NCBI RefSeq assembly: GCF_004010195.1
Contig: NC_057755.1
Location: 12,146,966-12,210,965, forward strand
DNA from: Chiloscyllium plagiosum
Taxonomy: Eukaryota
Reading direction: 5' to 3'
DNA length: 64,000 bases
Positions 25,459 to 37,542 of the stretch are shown here, in pieces (position 1 is the first letter of the stretch; every line of letters starts with the position of its first letter). A program made the position numbers and the translations under genes. Under the pieces are notes generated by a model. That model was given only the letters and a program-made list of their open reading frames with translations. It made no database searches and was not told the origin of the DNA.

Positions 25459-27959
25459 AAGAATCAAAGGACCTCTTTCTTCAAATTTGGTCATGGAAAT
25501 TCCTTGATAGCCTTCGTTTTTGTGTTCCATGGGGTCAACCTTCCATAACTAATGTTATGTACCAAGAACATCACCTCTGCTTTTGGCTGAATTCCGTTTT
25601 ATTTAAGTTTATCACCACTTTTGCTTCTCGTAGTCATTCAAAGAGCTCTGCCAAATGTACCATGTGATCTTTCCAGGACTTACTAAAGATCACTACATCG
25701 TTCAAATAGACTGCACAGTTTGTTAACCCACCTACATCTTCATAACACTTTAGACAATGACAACATAAAAATCAAAGCCAAATGCTTGGCAATCTCTTCC
25801 CTGGCTTCCCAGAGACCCTAGGATAAATCCCATCCAGCCCAGGGGACTTATCTATTTTCACACTTTCCAGAGTTTCTAACACCTCCTCCTTGTGAACCTC
25901 AATCCCATCATGTCTAGTAGCCTGTTTCTCAATATTCTTCTTGACAATATTGTCTTTTTCCAGTTTAAATACTGACGAAAATATTCATTTAGCACTTCCC
26001 CTATCTCCTCTGACTCCATGCACAATTTCCCCTTAGTATCCTTGATTGGCTCTAATCTAACTCTAGTCATTATTTTATCCCTTATATACCTATCGAAAGC
26101 TTTAGGGTTTTCCCTGATCCTATCCATCAATAACTTCTCATGTTCCCTCCTCACCCACCTTAGCTCTCTCTTTAGGTCTTTCCTGCTATCTTTCCTGCAA
26201 TCACCCTAGTTGAGCCTTCACATCTCATCCTAACATAAGCCTTCTTCTTCCTCTTGACAAGAGATTCAACTTCTTTAGTAAACAACAGCTCCTGCGCTCA
26301 ACAACTTCCTCCCTGTCTGACAGGTACATACTCATCAAGGACACACAGTAGCTGTTCCTTGAATAAGCTCCACATTTCTATTGTGCCCATCCCCTGCAGT
26401 TTCCTTCCCATCTTATGTATCCTAAATCTTGTCTAATTGCATTGTAATTGCCTTTCCCACAGAAGTAGCTACTGCCCTCTGGTGTATACTTTCCATCGTG
26501 AAAGTAAACATAACTGAATTGTGGTCACTATCACCATAATGCTCACCTTCCTCCAAATCTAACATCTGGCCTGGTTCATTACCCAGTATCAAATCTAATG
26601 TGGCCTCATCCCTTTTTGGCCATTCTATATATTGTGTCAGAAAATCCTCCTGCACACATTGGACAAAAACTGATCCATCTAAAGTACTTGAACTATAGTA
26701 TTCTCAGTCAATATTTGGAAAGTAAAAGTCCCCTATAACAACTACTCTGTCACTCTCGCTCCAATCGAGAATCATCTTTGCTATCCTTTCCTCTAAATCT
26801 CTGGAACTATTTGGAGGCCTGTAGAAAACTACTAACGGGGTAACCCCTCCTTTCCTGTTTCTACTCTCAGCCCATGCTACCTCAGTTGACGAGTCCTCAA
26901 ATGTCCTTTCTGCAGCCATAATACTGTCCTTGACTAACAATGCCACACTCCCAACTCTTTTATCATCTTCTTTGTTCTTATTGAAACATCTAAATCCTGG
27001 TACCTGCGAACCATTCCTGTCCCTGCTCTATCCAAGTTTCTGAAATAGCTAGATACCGAACCATGCTGAAGTTCACCCATCTTATTCTGGATGCTCCTGA
27101 CGTTGAAATAGACACACTTCAAACTAACTTCTTGCTTGCCAGTGCCTTCTTGTGACCCTAAAAGCTTATTTTGGACCTCCCTATTCTCAACCTTCTCTAT
27201 ACTTGAGCTACAATTTAGGTTTCCATTCCCCTGCTGAATTAATTTAAACTTACCCGAAGAGCATAGCAAATACCTCCCCCAGGATATTGGTACCCCTCTG
27301 GTTCAGGTGAAGACCATCCTTTTTGTAGAGGTCACACCTACCCCAGAAAGAGACCCAATTAATCAGGAATCCAAAACCCTCCCTCCTGCACCATCCCTTT
27401 AGCCTCGTGTTCAACACCTCTCTCTCCCTATTCCTCACCTCGCTAGCACGAGGCACGGGCAACAAACTAGAGATAACAACTCTGTTTGTCCTCACTCTAA
27501 GCTTCCACCCTAGCTCCTTGAATTTCCCCCTCTCTCTTCCTACCTATGTCATTGGTGCCTATGTGGACAATGACTTGGGGCTGTCCCCCCTCCCACTCAA
27601 GGGATCCTGAAAACACGATCCGAGACATCATGAACCCTGATGCCTGGAAAGCAACATGCCAATCGTGAGTCTCTCTCTTTCCCACAGAACCTCCAATCTG
27701 TCCTCCTAATTATGAAGTCTCCAGTGACCACTGCCCTTCTAAGGCAGCTTCCTTTATTACTGCAGTGATGGTTTACTGTATCAATAATGCATGCCTCCAC
27801 CTCTCTTACATCCTCCCATCACACTTGAAACTGCTAAAACCTGGAATATTGAGCTACAAATCCTGCCCTTCTTTCATGTCTCTGTGATTGCAACAACAGC
27901 ATATTCCCACATGCATACTCCCTCGCATTAAAATAGAAGCAACATTGCCTTCTGATCCT

Positions 27960-28278
27960 GAGGTGGCATGGTGGTTCAGTGGTTAACACTGCTGCCTCAC
28001 AGCGCCAGGGACCTGAGGTCGATTCTGGCCTCGGGTCTGTGTGGAGTTTGCGCATTCTCCCCCTGTCTGCGTAGGTTTCCTCCAGGTACTCCGGTTTCTT
28101 CCCATAGTCCAAAGATAATCAGGTCAGGTGAATTGGCCATGCTAACTTGCCCATAGTGTTAGGTGCATTAGTCAGGGATAAAGGTAGGGAAATGAGTCTG
28201 GGTGGGCTACTCTTTGGAGGGTCAGTGTGGACTTGTTGGGGCAAAGGGCCTGTTTCCACGCTGTAGGGAATCTAATTT
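27960..28278 (+). mobile_element. HE1-type SINE
   Basis: GGTGGCATGGTGGTTCAGTGG head, core and tail. Confidence 0.85.
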
Positions 28279-28412
28279 ACCATGTGACTTATCATGCCTA
28301 TGTTTCCTTCACCTGCCTGAATGTCCTGTTATGCTTCTATATTTGACTGAAAGTTGCTCCCAACTTTGCATCTACTCTGTGCTCCATCCCTCTTACCGGA
28401 TTACTTTGGATT

Positions 28413-28758
28413 AGGCGTGGCACAGTGACTCAGTGGTTAGTACTCCTGCCTCACAGCGCTATGGGCCTGGGTGTGATTCCACCCTTGGTGACTGTGTGGA
28501 ATTTGCATGTTCTCCCTGTTTCTGCATGGGTTTCTGCTGGGTGCTCTGGTTTCTTCCCACAGTCAAAAGTTTAGGTGGATTGCCCATGCTAAATTGAGCT
28601 GTAGTGTTCAGTGGTGTGCTGGCTGGATGGATTTGCCATGGAAAATGCAGAGTTACAGAAATAGAGTAGGGGTCTGGGTCTGGAAAGGATGCTTTTGGAG
28701 GCCTGTGTAGAATCAATGAGCTGAATAGCCTCTTTGCACACTGTAGGATGTCTATGGC
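28413..28758 (+). mobile_element. HE1-type SINE
   Basis: GTGGCACAGTGACTCAGTGG head, core and tail. Confidence 0.8.
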
Positions 28759-28789
28759 TTTAAAATCTTCCCAGCAACATGAGCAAATC

Positions 28790-30300
28790 TGCTAGCAAGG
28801 ATGCTGGACTCATGCTAGTTCACATTCAACCTGCCCAGCATGTACATGTCGCACTTACCCCAGATACATGTTAAAATCTAAAATCCTCCTCTATACATTA
28901 TCCCATTAGCAACACGTTGATCTGACCTACCTTCCTATTCTTATACTCAGTAACACGTGGCACTTGTAGTAATCCAGACCTTAGCAGTCATCCTCTTTAA
29001 TCTGGTATATAGCTCCCTAAATTCCTATTACAGTACCTCATTTGTTTTTTTATCCATGTCATTGGTAACAACATGTACCATGACTGCTGGCTGGTCACTC
29101 TCTCCCTTCATAATGCTCTTTAACTACTCTAAGACATCCTTGACCTTGCCACCACGGAGGCAACATACCATTTGCTGCCACAGAACTGCCTGTCAGTTCC
29201 CCTTACAATCAAGGCCTCTATCACTCTATAAGTCTTCTCCCCCACCAAGGTGCAGCAGAGCTAACCATGGTGTCACAAACTTCACTGTTGCTGCTTTCCC
29301 CTGAGAGGCCAACACCTCTAACAGTATTCCAAACGGTATATCTGTTTGAGAGACAATGGTCATAGGGAACTCCTGCAGTGCCTGCCCATGTTTCCTGGCC
29401 TTGCTGATTGTTACCCAATGCTTTTCTGTCTGTGTCACCCTTACTTGTGATTAGATTAGATTACTTACAGTGTGGAAACAGGCCCTTCGGCCCAACAAGT
29501 CCACACCGACCCGCCGAAGCGTAACCCACCCAGACCCATTCCGCTACCTTTACCCCTTCACCTAACACTATGGGCAATGTAGCATGGCCAATTTGCCTAA
29601 CCTGCACATTTTTTGGATTGTGGGAGGAAACCGAAGCACCCGGAGGAAACCCACGCAGACACGGGGAGAATGTGCAAACTCCACACAGTCAGTCGCCTGA
29701 GGCGGAAATTGAACCCAGGTCTCTGGCACTGTGAGGCAACAGTGCTAACCACTGTGCCACCGTGCCGCCCACCTGTGATGTGATTAACTCACTAAACATA
29801 CTATCCACAACATTTTCAGCCTCATGGATGCTCCGTAGTGAGTCCATCTGCAGCTCTAACCACTCCACGTGGTCAATCAGGTGCTGTAACTGAACACACT
29901 ACCTGCATACATGGTCACCATAGAGACTGGAAGTGTCCCCAGTTTCACACATATTGCAGAAGAAGCATTCCATGGGGCCAAGTTCTCCTGCCATTATGTT
30001 CCGTGCCATTTATCTAATCAGATTTCCCATATTCTTTTTTCCTATTGCTAACAAACTACGAACCACAAAAATAAGGACTTCACACTTGATACCCCTCCCA
30101 GTATTCTCTCAGTCCCTAAAGCTGGTTGCCAAGCAAACAATCACTTCACTGTTTCCCTGTGCCATCACTGCCAATTGTTTTTTCCTGTTCAGAATGAAGC
30201 TTTTAAATTTTTATCAGACCTCCCCCTATTGGGACCGCTCCAAGACTCTGCTTCCTGGTGAGTAGACCTCACAGACCTTGCAGTTTTTCATCCAACTTTA
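28790..30300 (-). mobile_element. Degenerate CR1 ORF1/5' region, probably the 5' part of the 19630-22040 element
   Basis: Esterase-like and LSNRYTV remnants resembling CR1 ORF1 elsewhere in the window. Confidence 0.55.
29449..29771 (-). mobile_element. HE1-type SINE, well preserved
   Basis: Reverse complement starts GGGCGGCACGGTGGCACAGTGG, has B-box GGGTTCAATTTCC and a TAATC-repeat tail. Confidence 0.92.
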
Positions 30301-30893
30301 ATCACCCAATCAGCTGCTTCATCTTACCCTGCATCATATTTTGAATCCTGATGTCTCCTTCAAAGCTCTTCCTCTGGATTCAGTGAAGATTCGCTATGCT
30401 CCTCTCCATTAGACTCAATTTTGCCAATTTTGTTGCCCACTCTCTTCACCTGTTTGTACTTCTTTGTAGCATCCTTGTCCTCCTCACAACCTATATTGCG
30501 ACAACTTTATAGCATTTGCTGACTTTTCTAATCCATTAATACAGACCGTAAATAGCTGGGCCCCATCATTGATCATAGCGGTCAACTTGAGATTGCCCCA
30601 TTTATCTGTCTGTTAACTGATTTTCTATCCCTGCTAATATATCGCCCTCAACTCCATGAATCTTTACATTGCCTTTTGTGTGGTATCTATTGAATTTCTT
30701 TTCAAAGTCCAGGTATCTGCTAATTCTGCTCTATCTATCCCATTGGTTGTATCCTCAAAAAAAATTTATAAATTTGTCAAACATGATTTCTCTTTTGTAA
30801 AATCATTTTGACTTTGTCTGGTTATACTATGATTTTCTAACAAATGTATTGTTAAGACTTCTTTCATAACAGATTCCAGCACTAGCATGACTG

Positions 30894-31098
30894 TGGTCTA
30901 AAATCTCACAACATCAGATTATAGTCCAACCAGTTTATTTGAAAACGTGATCTTTCGGAGCTCTGCTCTGTCCTCAAGCGTGGTACGAGAGCAGGAAGGA
31001 AAATTGACATGGAATTTATAAGCAGAAAGGTCCGAAAGCTCACATCGTGTGATTTTTGACCTTGTCCAATCCAGTCCAACACTGGCTCCTCCACAACA
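30894..31098. mobile_element. Short PLE terminal-repeat derivative
   Basis: Perfect TSD TAGCATGACTG (30883-30893 / 31099-31109). Similar to the 19146-19562 family. Confidence 0.75.
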
Positions 31099-31391
31099 TA
31101 GCATGACTGATGTCAGGCTAACTAGCCTGTAGCTCCCTGCTTTCTTTCTCCCTGCTTTCTGGAATAGTGAAATTACATTTACTAATTTCCAATCTGTGGG
31201 ACCATTCCAGAATTAAGGGAATTTCTGAAAATCATAGCCAGAGCTACCACTTTTAAAATCTGGGACCTTAAGCCACCAAGTTCTGGAGTTTTGTTGTATT
31301 GTAGTTCGTTAAGTTTTTGCCAGTACTATTTCCCTGCCAATATTATTTTCCTCTTTTTAAAACATATCTAGTGTAATTCTCTATTTCTGGT

Positions 31392-32890
31392 ATAGAACAT
31401 AGAATATTACAGCGCAGTACAGGTCCTTCAGCCCTCGATGACCTGTGAAACCTATCTGAAGCCCATCTAACCTATACTATTCCATTCTTGTCCAGATGCC
31501 TGCGCAATGGCCATTTAAATGCCCTTAGATTTGGTGAGTCTACTACAGTTGCAGGCAGTGCACTCCACGCCCCTGAGCAAAGAAACTACCTCTGACATCT
31601 CTCCTTTATCTATTACCCCTCAATTTAAATCTATGGTCCCTTGTGCTAACCATCGCCATCTGAGGAAAAAGGCTCTCAAATCCAACCTATCTAACCCTCT
31701 GATTATCTTAGCTGTCTCAATTAAGTCAACTCTCAACCATTTTCTCTCTAACAAAAACAGCCTCAAGCCCATCAATCTTTCCTTGTAAGACCTTCCCTCC
31801 ATAACAGGCAACATCCTAGTAAATCTCCTCTGAACCCTTTCCAAAGCTTTCACATCCTTCCTATAATGCGGTGACCAGAACTGCAGGCAACACTCCAAGT
31901 GCAGCCTCACCAGAGTTTTGTACAGCTGCGGCATGACTTCATGGTTCTGAAACTCAATCCTTCTACCAATAAACATGAACACACCATATGCCTTCTTAGC
32001 AACCCCTATCAACCTGGGTGGCAACTTTGAGGAATCTATTTACATGGACACCGAGATCTCTCTGCTCACCTACACTACCAAGAATCTTACCATTTGCCCA
32101 GTACTCTGCATTCCTGTTACTTCTTCCAAAGTGAATCACCTCAAGTTTTCTGCATTAAACTCCATTTGCCACATCTCAGCCCAGCTCTGCAGCCCAGCCC
32201 CCTCTGCCACCTACAACATCCTTCATCACTATCCACAACTCTACATACCTTACTGTCATCTGCAAATTTACTAAACCATCCTTCTACGCCCTCATCCAGG
32301 TAATTTATAAAACTGACAAGCAGCAGTGGACCCAAAACTGATCCTTGTAGTATACCACTAGTAAGTGAACTCCAGGATGAATATTTCCCATCAACCACCA
32401 CCCTCTATCTTCTTTCAGCTCACCAATTTCTGATCCAAACTGCCAAACCACCCTCAATCCCATGCTTCCGTATTTTCTGCAGTAGCCTACATTGGGGAAC
32501 CTTATTAAATACCGAAGTGAAATCCATATACTGTACAGCACATCAACTGCTTTGCCCTCATCCACCTGCTTGGTCACCCTCTCAAAGAACTCAATAAGAT
32601 TTGTGAGGCATGACCTACCCTTCACAAAACTGTGCTGACTATTCTTAATCAACTTTTTCCTATCAAGATGATGATAGGAACCTTTTCCAACACTTTACCC
32701 ACAACCGAAGTAAGGCTCACTGGTCTATAATTACCAGAGATGTCTCTACTTCCCTTCTTGAACAAGGGAACAGCATTTACTATCTTCCAGTCTTCTGGCA
32801 GTATTCCTCTAGGCATAAAGATCAAAGCCAAAGGCTTGGCAATCTCCTCCCCCGCTTACCAGACTATCCTAGGATAAATCCCATCCCTAT
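31392..32890 (-). mobile_element. CR1-type LINE RT and 3' end
   Basis: GNYRPVSLTSVVGK, QGSVLGPLL and KFADDSK motifs with an AGAACAT-type tail. Confidence 0.9.
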
Positions 32891-33149
32891 TTTTAAACTT
32901 AGATGATGGCGTATTCTGCTAAAAGACACAAAATGTTTGTAGAGTGGCAAATACAAGGTGCAATTGTTTGCAATTCTTCAGTGCTGTATCCAAGGTGGAT
33001 TAGAAGACTATGGTAGTGACTTCTACTGTCACTCACCATCCTCGGAACTGATTGTAACAATGTATCTATTTTAAGGGTTACCAGGCCTTAATATCTCGTC
33101 TTTATTATTTTATTGTTTATCCAATGCCTGAATGTTCCACTTTGTGATG

Positions 33150-33338
33150 TTAAAATCACACAACACCAGGTTATAGTCCAACAGGTTTAATTGGAAGCAC
33201 TAGCTTTCGCAGCACCTGATGAAGGAGTGTTGCTCCGAAAGCTAGTGCTTCCAATTAAACCTGTTGGACTATAACCTGGTGTTGTGTGATTTTTAACTTT
33301 GTACACCCCAGTCCAACACTGGCACCTCCAAATCATGA
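33150..33338 (+). mobile_element. Fold-back PLE terminal-repeat element
   Basis: Perfect TSD CCACTTTGTGATG (33137-33149 / 33339-33351) and inverted arms. Confidence 0.85.
33212..33248 (+). ncRNA. Minimal hammerhead ribozyme motif
   Basis: GCAC CUGAUGA A GGAGU-GUU-GCUCC GAAA GC UA GUGC. Core intact, 4-bp helix I. Confidence 0.7.
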
Positions 33339-33610
33339 CCACTTTGTGATGATGGTGTACACAGATTGAATTACCTAACCATGCCCTGTCCTTGATGTGT
33401 GCTGTGTCCATCTCCTCCTTTGACTAATTATATCAGATTTTTTTTATCGTTTTAGCATATATTAGGGCACAGCTCCAGGGTGGGAGGGTCTTGAAGCCAG
33501 ACCCTCCAGCTCAGAGGCAGGAGTCTTGCGACCTTTACTGTGTCTGTACCTGAGGGTGGAAGAGCCGGCCCCCTTACCTAACTGCCTATCCCCCACTCTC
33601 TGACGAATTG

Positions 33611-33739
33611 ATTCGGAGATGCCGGTGTTGGACTGGGGTGTACAAAGTTAAAAATCACACAACACCAGGTTATAGTCCAACAGGTTTAATTGGAAGCACA
33701 CTAGCTTTTGGAGCGACGCTACTTCATCAGGTGATTCAT
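33611..33739 (-). mobile_element. Short PLE terminal-repeat insertion in the VPS26A promoter
   Basis: Perfect TSD TGACGAATTG (33601-33610 / 33740-33749). Same family as 33150-33338. Confidence 0.85.
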
Positions 33740-33771
33740 TGACGAATTGCACGCTATCCCTTTAAGGGAGC

Positions 33772-33812
33772 ATCACGTGACTGAGTAGGTCCCTTTAATT
33801 GGATCACGTGAG
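33772..33812. promoter_or_regulatory. Two CLEAR-like E-boxes (ATCACGTGAC 33772-33781, ATCACGTGAG 33803-33812)
   Basis: Two TCACGTGA palindromes 31 bp apart, 47-85 bp upstream of the ATG. They match MiT/TFE and USF sites. Confidence 0.7.
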
Positions 33813-33857
33813 TGCTCGAGGCTGCGTGAGAGAAGAAGACGAGGAGGAGGAGGAGGG

Positions 33858-33860
33858 ATG
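33858..33860 (+). CDS. VPS26A: VPS26A coding exon 1 (start codon only)
   Basis: GGGATG|GTGAGT with a strong donor in the CpG island. It joins in phase 0 to exon 2, giving MSFLGG. Confidence 0.8.
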
Positions 33861-35130
33861 GTGAGTGACTGAAGGAAGCAGTTACCGCGGCCCGGGACGC
33901 TTTCACGGCAGGCCGATGTCTTGTTGCGGCCTCCACACGCTCTTCCCTTGGGCCTGGTTCAAAAAGGGACTGCGGCCTCCCTCCCTCCCTCCCTCCCTCC
34001 CGGGCCCAGGGGAAGGGCTGTTGGGTCGGGAGGTCAGGGTCCCGGCGGTCCCTGCCCATTGATCCTGGTTCCCGGGTATTAGGAAAGTGGCTGCCCCTTG
34101 TATTGTCCAAGTTTGAGGGCCAGGTTCCTGATCGTCCTCATGTGCCTTTTAAAGAATGGCCTCAGGATCGTGCCAGAGTGGCGCTGACCCACCGCTCGCT
34201 TTGGAACGGTTAGAAGCTCCAGAACCACCGGGGGACATGGCAGCAGGGGCACCATCCCATATACCTGGACCCTTGTCACTGTAACTGGACCACTTGCTGC
34301 ACCAACAGAGTAGTGGATAGTTAATTGTTAATCACATTGTTCCGAACCTGATTCGCCTTTAGCTGGATACAGCTGGCAGCTTTCCTTTATGTAAGGAAGT
34401 CTGTTTGATTAATACAAACATTATGGTTTACAAAGTTGCAATTAAAGTTTGAGACAAAAACAGAAATTACTGGTAAAGGTCAGCATGTCTGGCAGCATTA
34501 ATGGAGAGAAATCAGAGTTCATGTTTTGGGGCCAGTGACCCTTCCTGGAACTATGATTAAAGCATCTGAGTTTGAAATCCAACAACAAGCACTGCAGTAA
34601 CACTATATACAATGTGTGGTAGGAGATTCCCTAGGTTGGATCAGTGTGAAGCTCAGAACATGTTCTTTGACATATAGTAGATGGTAGGGAAAGACTTAAG
34701 GATAATGTTAACAAGTGAATTGTTAGAGTAGAATAGAAGTAAATGAGATAGCATTGATAAGATCCTGAAAAGTAGTGGAAGAGCTGGAAATGTCAGATTT
34801 CTGCCTTAGGAAGAAACTTGTGTGTAGTGAGGAAGAGGTAGCGTGGGGTTGTCTTTACAAAAATCACATGATAATCTCTTCTGTATTCATTCATGGGACA
34901 AGCATGTCATTGGCTAGATTATTGTTTATTGCCCATCTGGAATGGCCCAGAGTCAACTACATTGAAGTGGGTCTGGAGTCATGTGTAGATTATCAGGGAA
35001 CCAGACTTTATTCCTGACAAAGGTTTTGTGGTCATCATTAAATTATTACTTTCAGATTTTTATTGAATTGAATTTAGATCTCCAGAACATTACCCATGTT
35101 TCTGGATTAATAATCTAGCGATAGTGTCGC

Positions 35131-35992
35131 TAGAGTCATAGAGATTTACAGCATAGAAACAGACCCTTCGTCCAACCCATCCATGCTGACCAGATATCCC
35201 AACCCAATCTAGTCCCACCTGCTAGCACCTGGCCCATATCCCTCCAAACCCTTCCTATTCATATACCCATCCAAATGCCTCTTAAATGTTGCAATTGTAC
35301 CAGCCTCCTCCACTTCCTTTGGCAGCTCCTTTCCTTTACGTACTACTCTGTGTGAAAAAGTTGCCCTGTAGGTCTCTTATCTTTCCCCTCTTACCTTAAA
35401 CTTATGCCCTCTAGTTCTGGACTCCCCGACCCCAGGGAGAAGACTTTGTCTATTTACCCTATCCATGCCCCTCGTAATTTTGTAACCTCTATAAGGTCAT
35501 CCCTCAGCCTCTGACGCTCCAGGAAAAACAGCCCCAGCTTGTTCAGCCTCTCCCTATAGCTCAAACCTTCCAACCCTGGCAACATCCTTGTAAATCTTTT
35601 CTGAACCCTTTCAAGTTTCACAATATCTTTCCAATAGGAAGGAAACCAGAATTGCACGCAATATTCCAACAATGGCCTAACCAATGTCCTGTACAGATGC
35701 AACATGACCTTCCAACTCCTCTACTCGGTACTCTGACCAATAAAGGAAAGTATACCAAATGATGCCTTCACTATCCTATCTACCTGCAACTCCACTTTCA
35801 AGGAGCTATGATCTTGCACTCCAACGTCTCTGTTCAGCAACACTCCCTCGGACCTTACCATTAAGTGTATAAGTCTTGCTAAGATTTGCTTTCCCAAAAT
35901 GCAGAACCTTGCATTTATCTGAATTAAACTCCATCTGCCCCTTCTTAGTCCATTGGCCCATCTGGTCAAGATCCTGTTGTAATCTGAGGTAA
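35131..35992 (-). mobile_element. CR1/HER1-type LINE 3' part
   Basis: LVRPLLEYCVQFW and LERQRLRDDLIEV motifs. Confidence 0.92.
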
Positions 35993-36869
35993 TGCGCACG
36001 CATAAGGGTGTGTGTGTATGTGTAGAAATTTATTAAAAACGTGAATAGTTTCAGAAGACTAGTGAACAGCTTAAATAATTTCACTTGGCTTAAAATTGTG
36101 GTAGAAGAGGCAATGGAATTATTTTTCAAAAATGTGATTGAAAACATCTTGAAACTAAAATTGTAAGGATTAATCCACATAAAATACTGAAAAAAAGGCT
36201 GCATTTGACCAGCCTTAGTGAATTCTTCACTGAATGCAAAGTCAAGACTAATGTAGTACAAGCAATTTATTTAGCTATTTTGACATGCCTTTGAGGTATT
36301 TCTCATAGACTTGATACCGAAGTGCAGTTGGGGGACAAATTAAATGGATAGTAACCAGTCTGCAAAGCAGAAGACAGGAATAAAGGTATTACACAAACAG
36401 GCAAAAAATGGGAAATGGTGTTTCCACAATGCTCAGTGAATGAAACAAAAACTGAAATTGCTAGAAAAGGCTTAGCAGCTCTGGCAGCATGCATGGAGAG
36501 AAACCAGAGTTAAGAATTTTAGAACTATAAGAATGTGTTTTGAAGAATGGTCACTGGACCTGAATGTTAACTCTGTGTTCTGTCTATTGGTGCTGCCAGA
36601 GGTGCTGGGTTTCTCTAAGAATTTTTGTTTTTGTTTTTTTTAATACTCTTTTATTTCTAGAGGTAAATAATATCAAAGCTGTTGACGTTATTTTTAAATT
36701 TTTGTAGAAATGGGGATAGCGATGCTGCCCTGCCTAACATTCAATGCTGACTCCAATGCTTTTATATGTGATCTTTAAGTAAGAAATGTTTCACATACAG
36801 ACTCCAATAGTAAGGGAACCAAAATCAGCTGCTCAGATGATGAGGGAGGTTCAGATTATAATGAAACAA

Positions 36870-37237
36870 ACTTAAGGCTGTTTTCATTTGAGAGAAGGTT
36901 GAAAGTTGACTTAATTGAGACATATAAGGGTTAGACTGGGTGGACTGAGAGCCTTTTTTTCTTGGTGATGGCTAGCATGAGGGGGCATAGATTTAAATTG
37001 AGGAGTGATAGATAAAGGATAGATGTCAGAGGTAGTTTGTTTACTCAGAAGTTCGGGCATGGAACAGTAGTAGACTCACCAATTTTAAGGGCATTTAAAT
37101 GGTCATTGGAGAAACATATGGATGAAAATGGAATAGTATAGGATAGATAGGCTTCAGATCGATTCCACAGGTCGGCACAAAATCGAGGGCAGAAGGGCCT
37201 GTACTGCGCTGTAATGGTCTGTGTCCCATGTTCTATG
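36870..37237 (+). mobile_element. CR1-type LINE 3' end
   Basis: 3' coding remnant, GAAGGGCCTGTACTGCGCTGTAA and a TTCTATG tail. Confidence 0.8.
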
Positions 37238-37542
37238 TACTAATGTCCTTTAGGTAGGAAATCTGTCGACCTTGTGTGGTCAGGTCTTTGTATGACTCCA
37301 TTCACTGCAATATGGTTTGCTCTTTAACTGTCCCATGGGCAGTTAGGAATGGACAAAAAAATGAAGATCTAGTCAGCAACATCCATACAAACAGACAAAA
37401 ATGTAAATGAGTAGCGAGGCAGTGTGAACATATATCTGGGACGTGGTGATGTATGCTGAGGGGAGTAAGGCAAGGCTAGCTACTTGGTGAGTTTTTTTGT
37501 GTCAAGGTTTGCTAAAACTAAAATCTGACGGCCTGCGGTGCG

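Larger units (their letters stand above)
23898..25747 (-). mobile_element. Internally deleted Gypsy LTR retrotransposon
   Basis: RT fragment AVYLNDVVIFS...HLAELF. RNase H YSTIEKELLSLV...VYTDHNLL...NVGADTLS. PPT present. Both ends read TGTTATGA...TCATAACA. Confidence 0.85.
22467..27720 (-). mobile_element. CR1-type LINE (ORF1 esterase-like and ORF2), interrupted by a Gypsy remnant
   Basis: AGAACAT-type tail near 22467. RT motifs, endonuclease motif VVIGDFYFPNID, and SGNH-like VIVHIGTNDIGR...DGLHLN. Confidence 0.88.
33750..34260 (+). promoter_or_regulatory. VPS26A: CpG island / promoter and first exon region of VPS26A
   Basis: The only clearly GC- and CpG-rich non-repeat segment in the window. 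It contains the ATG|GTGAGT donor. Confidence 0.8.

Noticed and set aside
33700..33735. Hammerhead motif on the minus strand next to the promoter
   Set aside because: Core GAAA is mutated to AAAA and helix II is mismatched. The copy near 13705-13735 has the same GAAA defect.
33754..34110. Minus-strand 118-aa ORF in the CpG island (bidirectional gene)
   Set aside because: No recognisable protein. Open frames are expected in GC-rich sequence.
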